64,000 bases of DNA from Epiperipatus broadwayi (taxonomy: Eukaryota; Animalia; Onychophora): assembly GCA_028023455.1 (NCBI GenBank), contig JAQFVV010000010.1, forward strand, positions 16,492,001 to 16,556,000. The letters are read 5' to 3'. The position numbers were made by a program, and so were the translations under genes. The notes beneath the pieces were generated by a model. That model had not been told where the DNA came from. It did no database searches and saw nothing but the letters and a program-made list of their open reading frames with translations. Positions 63,311 to 64,000 of the stretch are shown piece after piece; position 1 is the first letter of the stretch, and every line of letters begins with the position of its first letter.

Positions 63311-63392
63311 GTGTTGATAGCCTAGTGGTTAGCATATCTGCCTGCCAAGCAGCTGGCCCAGGTTCGCTTTCCGATCGCGTATGAAAAAAAAA
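63311..63392 (+). pseudogene. tRNA-Gly(GCC)-derived retroposed pseudogene or short SINE
   Basis: TAGCCTAGTGGTT A-box, anticodon arm CTGC CTGCCAA GCAG, GGTTCG B-box start, decayed acceptor and T stems, A9 tail. Confidence 0.7.
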
Positions 63393-64000
63393 GTATATTT
63401 TTTCATGATTTTAAAATATGCACCTTTATTTCAATTAGCAAAGATAATTGATTCTCCAAAATGTATCCTAAATCAAAAATCTTATAAAAAATAAGCAATT
63501 ATAATGAGTTACTATGAGAAATAATTCAAATTCAAAATATATAAATATTTGATTAAAAAAATAAAGGATAAATTGAAAAAAGTATTAATTAACGAATAAC
63601 CATTGTATTAAAACATTTTGATAGCTATGATTTTTTTTAAAAATAATAATAATTTTTCCAATGTCATCTACTATTTGGTTTCTTATATAGCAAGAGAATA
63701 TTTCCTAAATCACAATTGGTTAAAATAAAACATAAAGAAAATAATAATAATAATGTATATTAAAAATTTTTATTTTCTATTATCAAAGTATTTTATTTTT
63801 GATATCTAAACAATAAACCTAGATTTTTTTTTGACACCACTTACTTTTTTTAAAAAAAACAACAACTTTGTGGATTGATTTATTTTACATAAAAGCTGTG
63901 AAATTAAATAAAAATTTGATCAAAAAATGTAACGCACAATTGTTTGCTGAAGTTTTAATATAGTAAATGGTCAAATTTTTTTTTCCTGATATTCTAAATG

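Noticed and set aside
63311-63382. Functional tRNA-Gly gene
   Set aside because: Acceptor and T stems do not pair and an A tail follows; treated as a retroposed pseudogene.

Overview
Very AT-rich animal genomic DNA, probably from an arthropod; the taxon cannot be fixed from sequence alone. The only host gene I can support is the 3' half of a FoxN2/3 (CHES-1-like) forkhead gene on the + strand. Three exons (90-155, 10548-10614, 27028-27442) splice in frame across introns of about 10.4 and 16.4 kb, followed by a probable long 3' UTR. The rest is intronic or intergenic DNA packed with transposon relics: degenerate RTE and L1/Tx1 LINEs, tRNA-derived SINEs, Tc1/pogo MITEs, and two non-autonomous DNA elements with GGTACTT termini and 8-bp TSDs (Merlin-like), one a 4.8-kb fold-back with 90-bp tandem arrays. 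The most striking system is a set of Penelope-like elements (PLEs): one nearly intact RT+GIY-YIG copy and several short fold-back insertions. Four fold-backs have 14-16 bp TSDs, a one-sided 34-48 nt tail and minimal type I hammerhead ribozymes with palindromic stem III. Three PLE copies share a non-canonical hammerhead core (AUGANUA, A3-U8 instead of C3-G8) with co-varying stems. All alignments and folds were done by eye; coordinates of degenerate elements are approximate.
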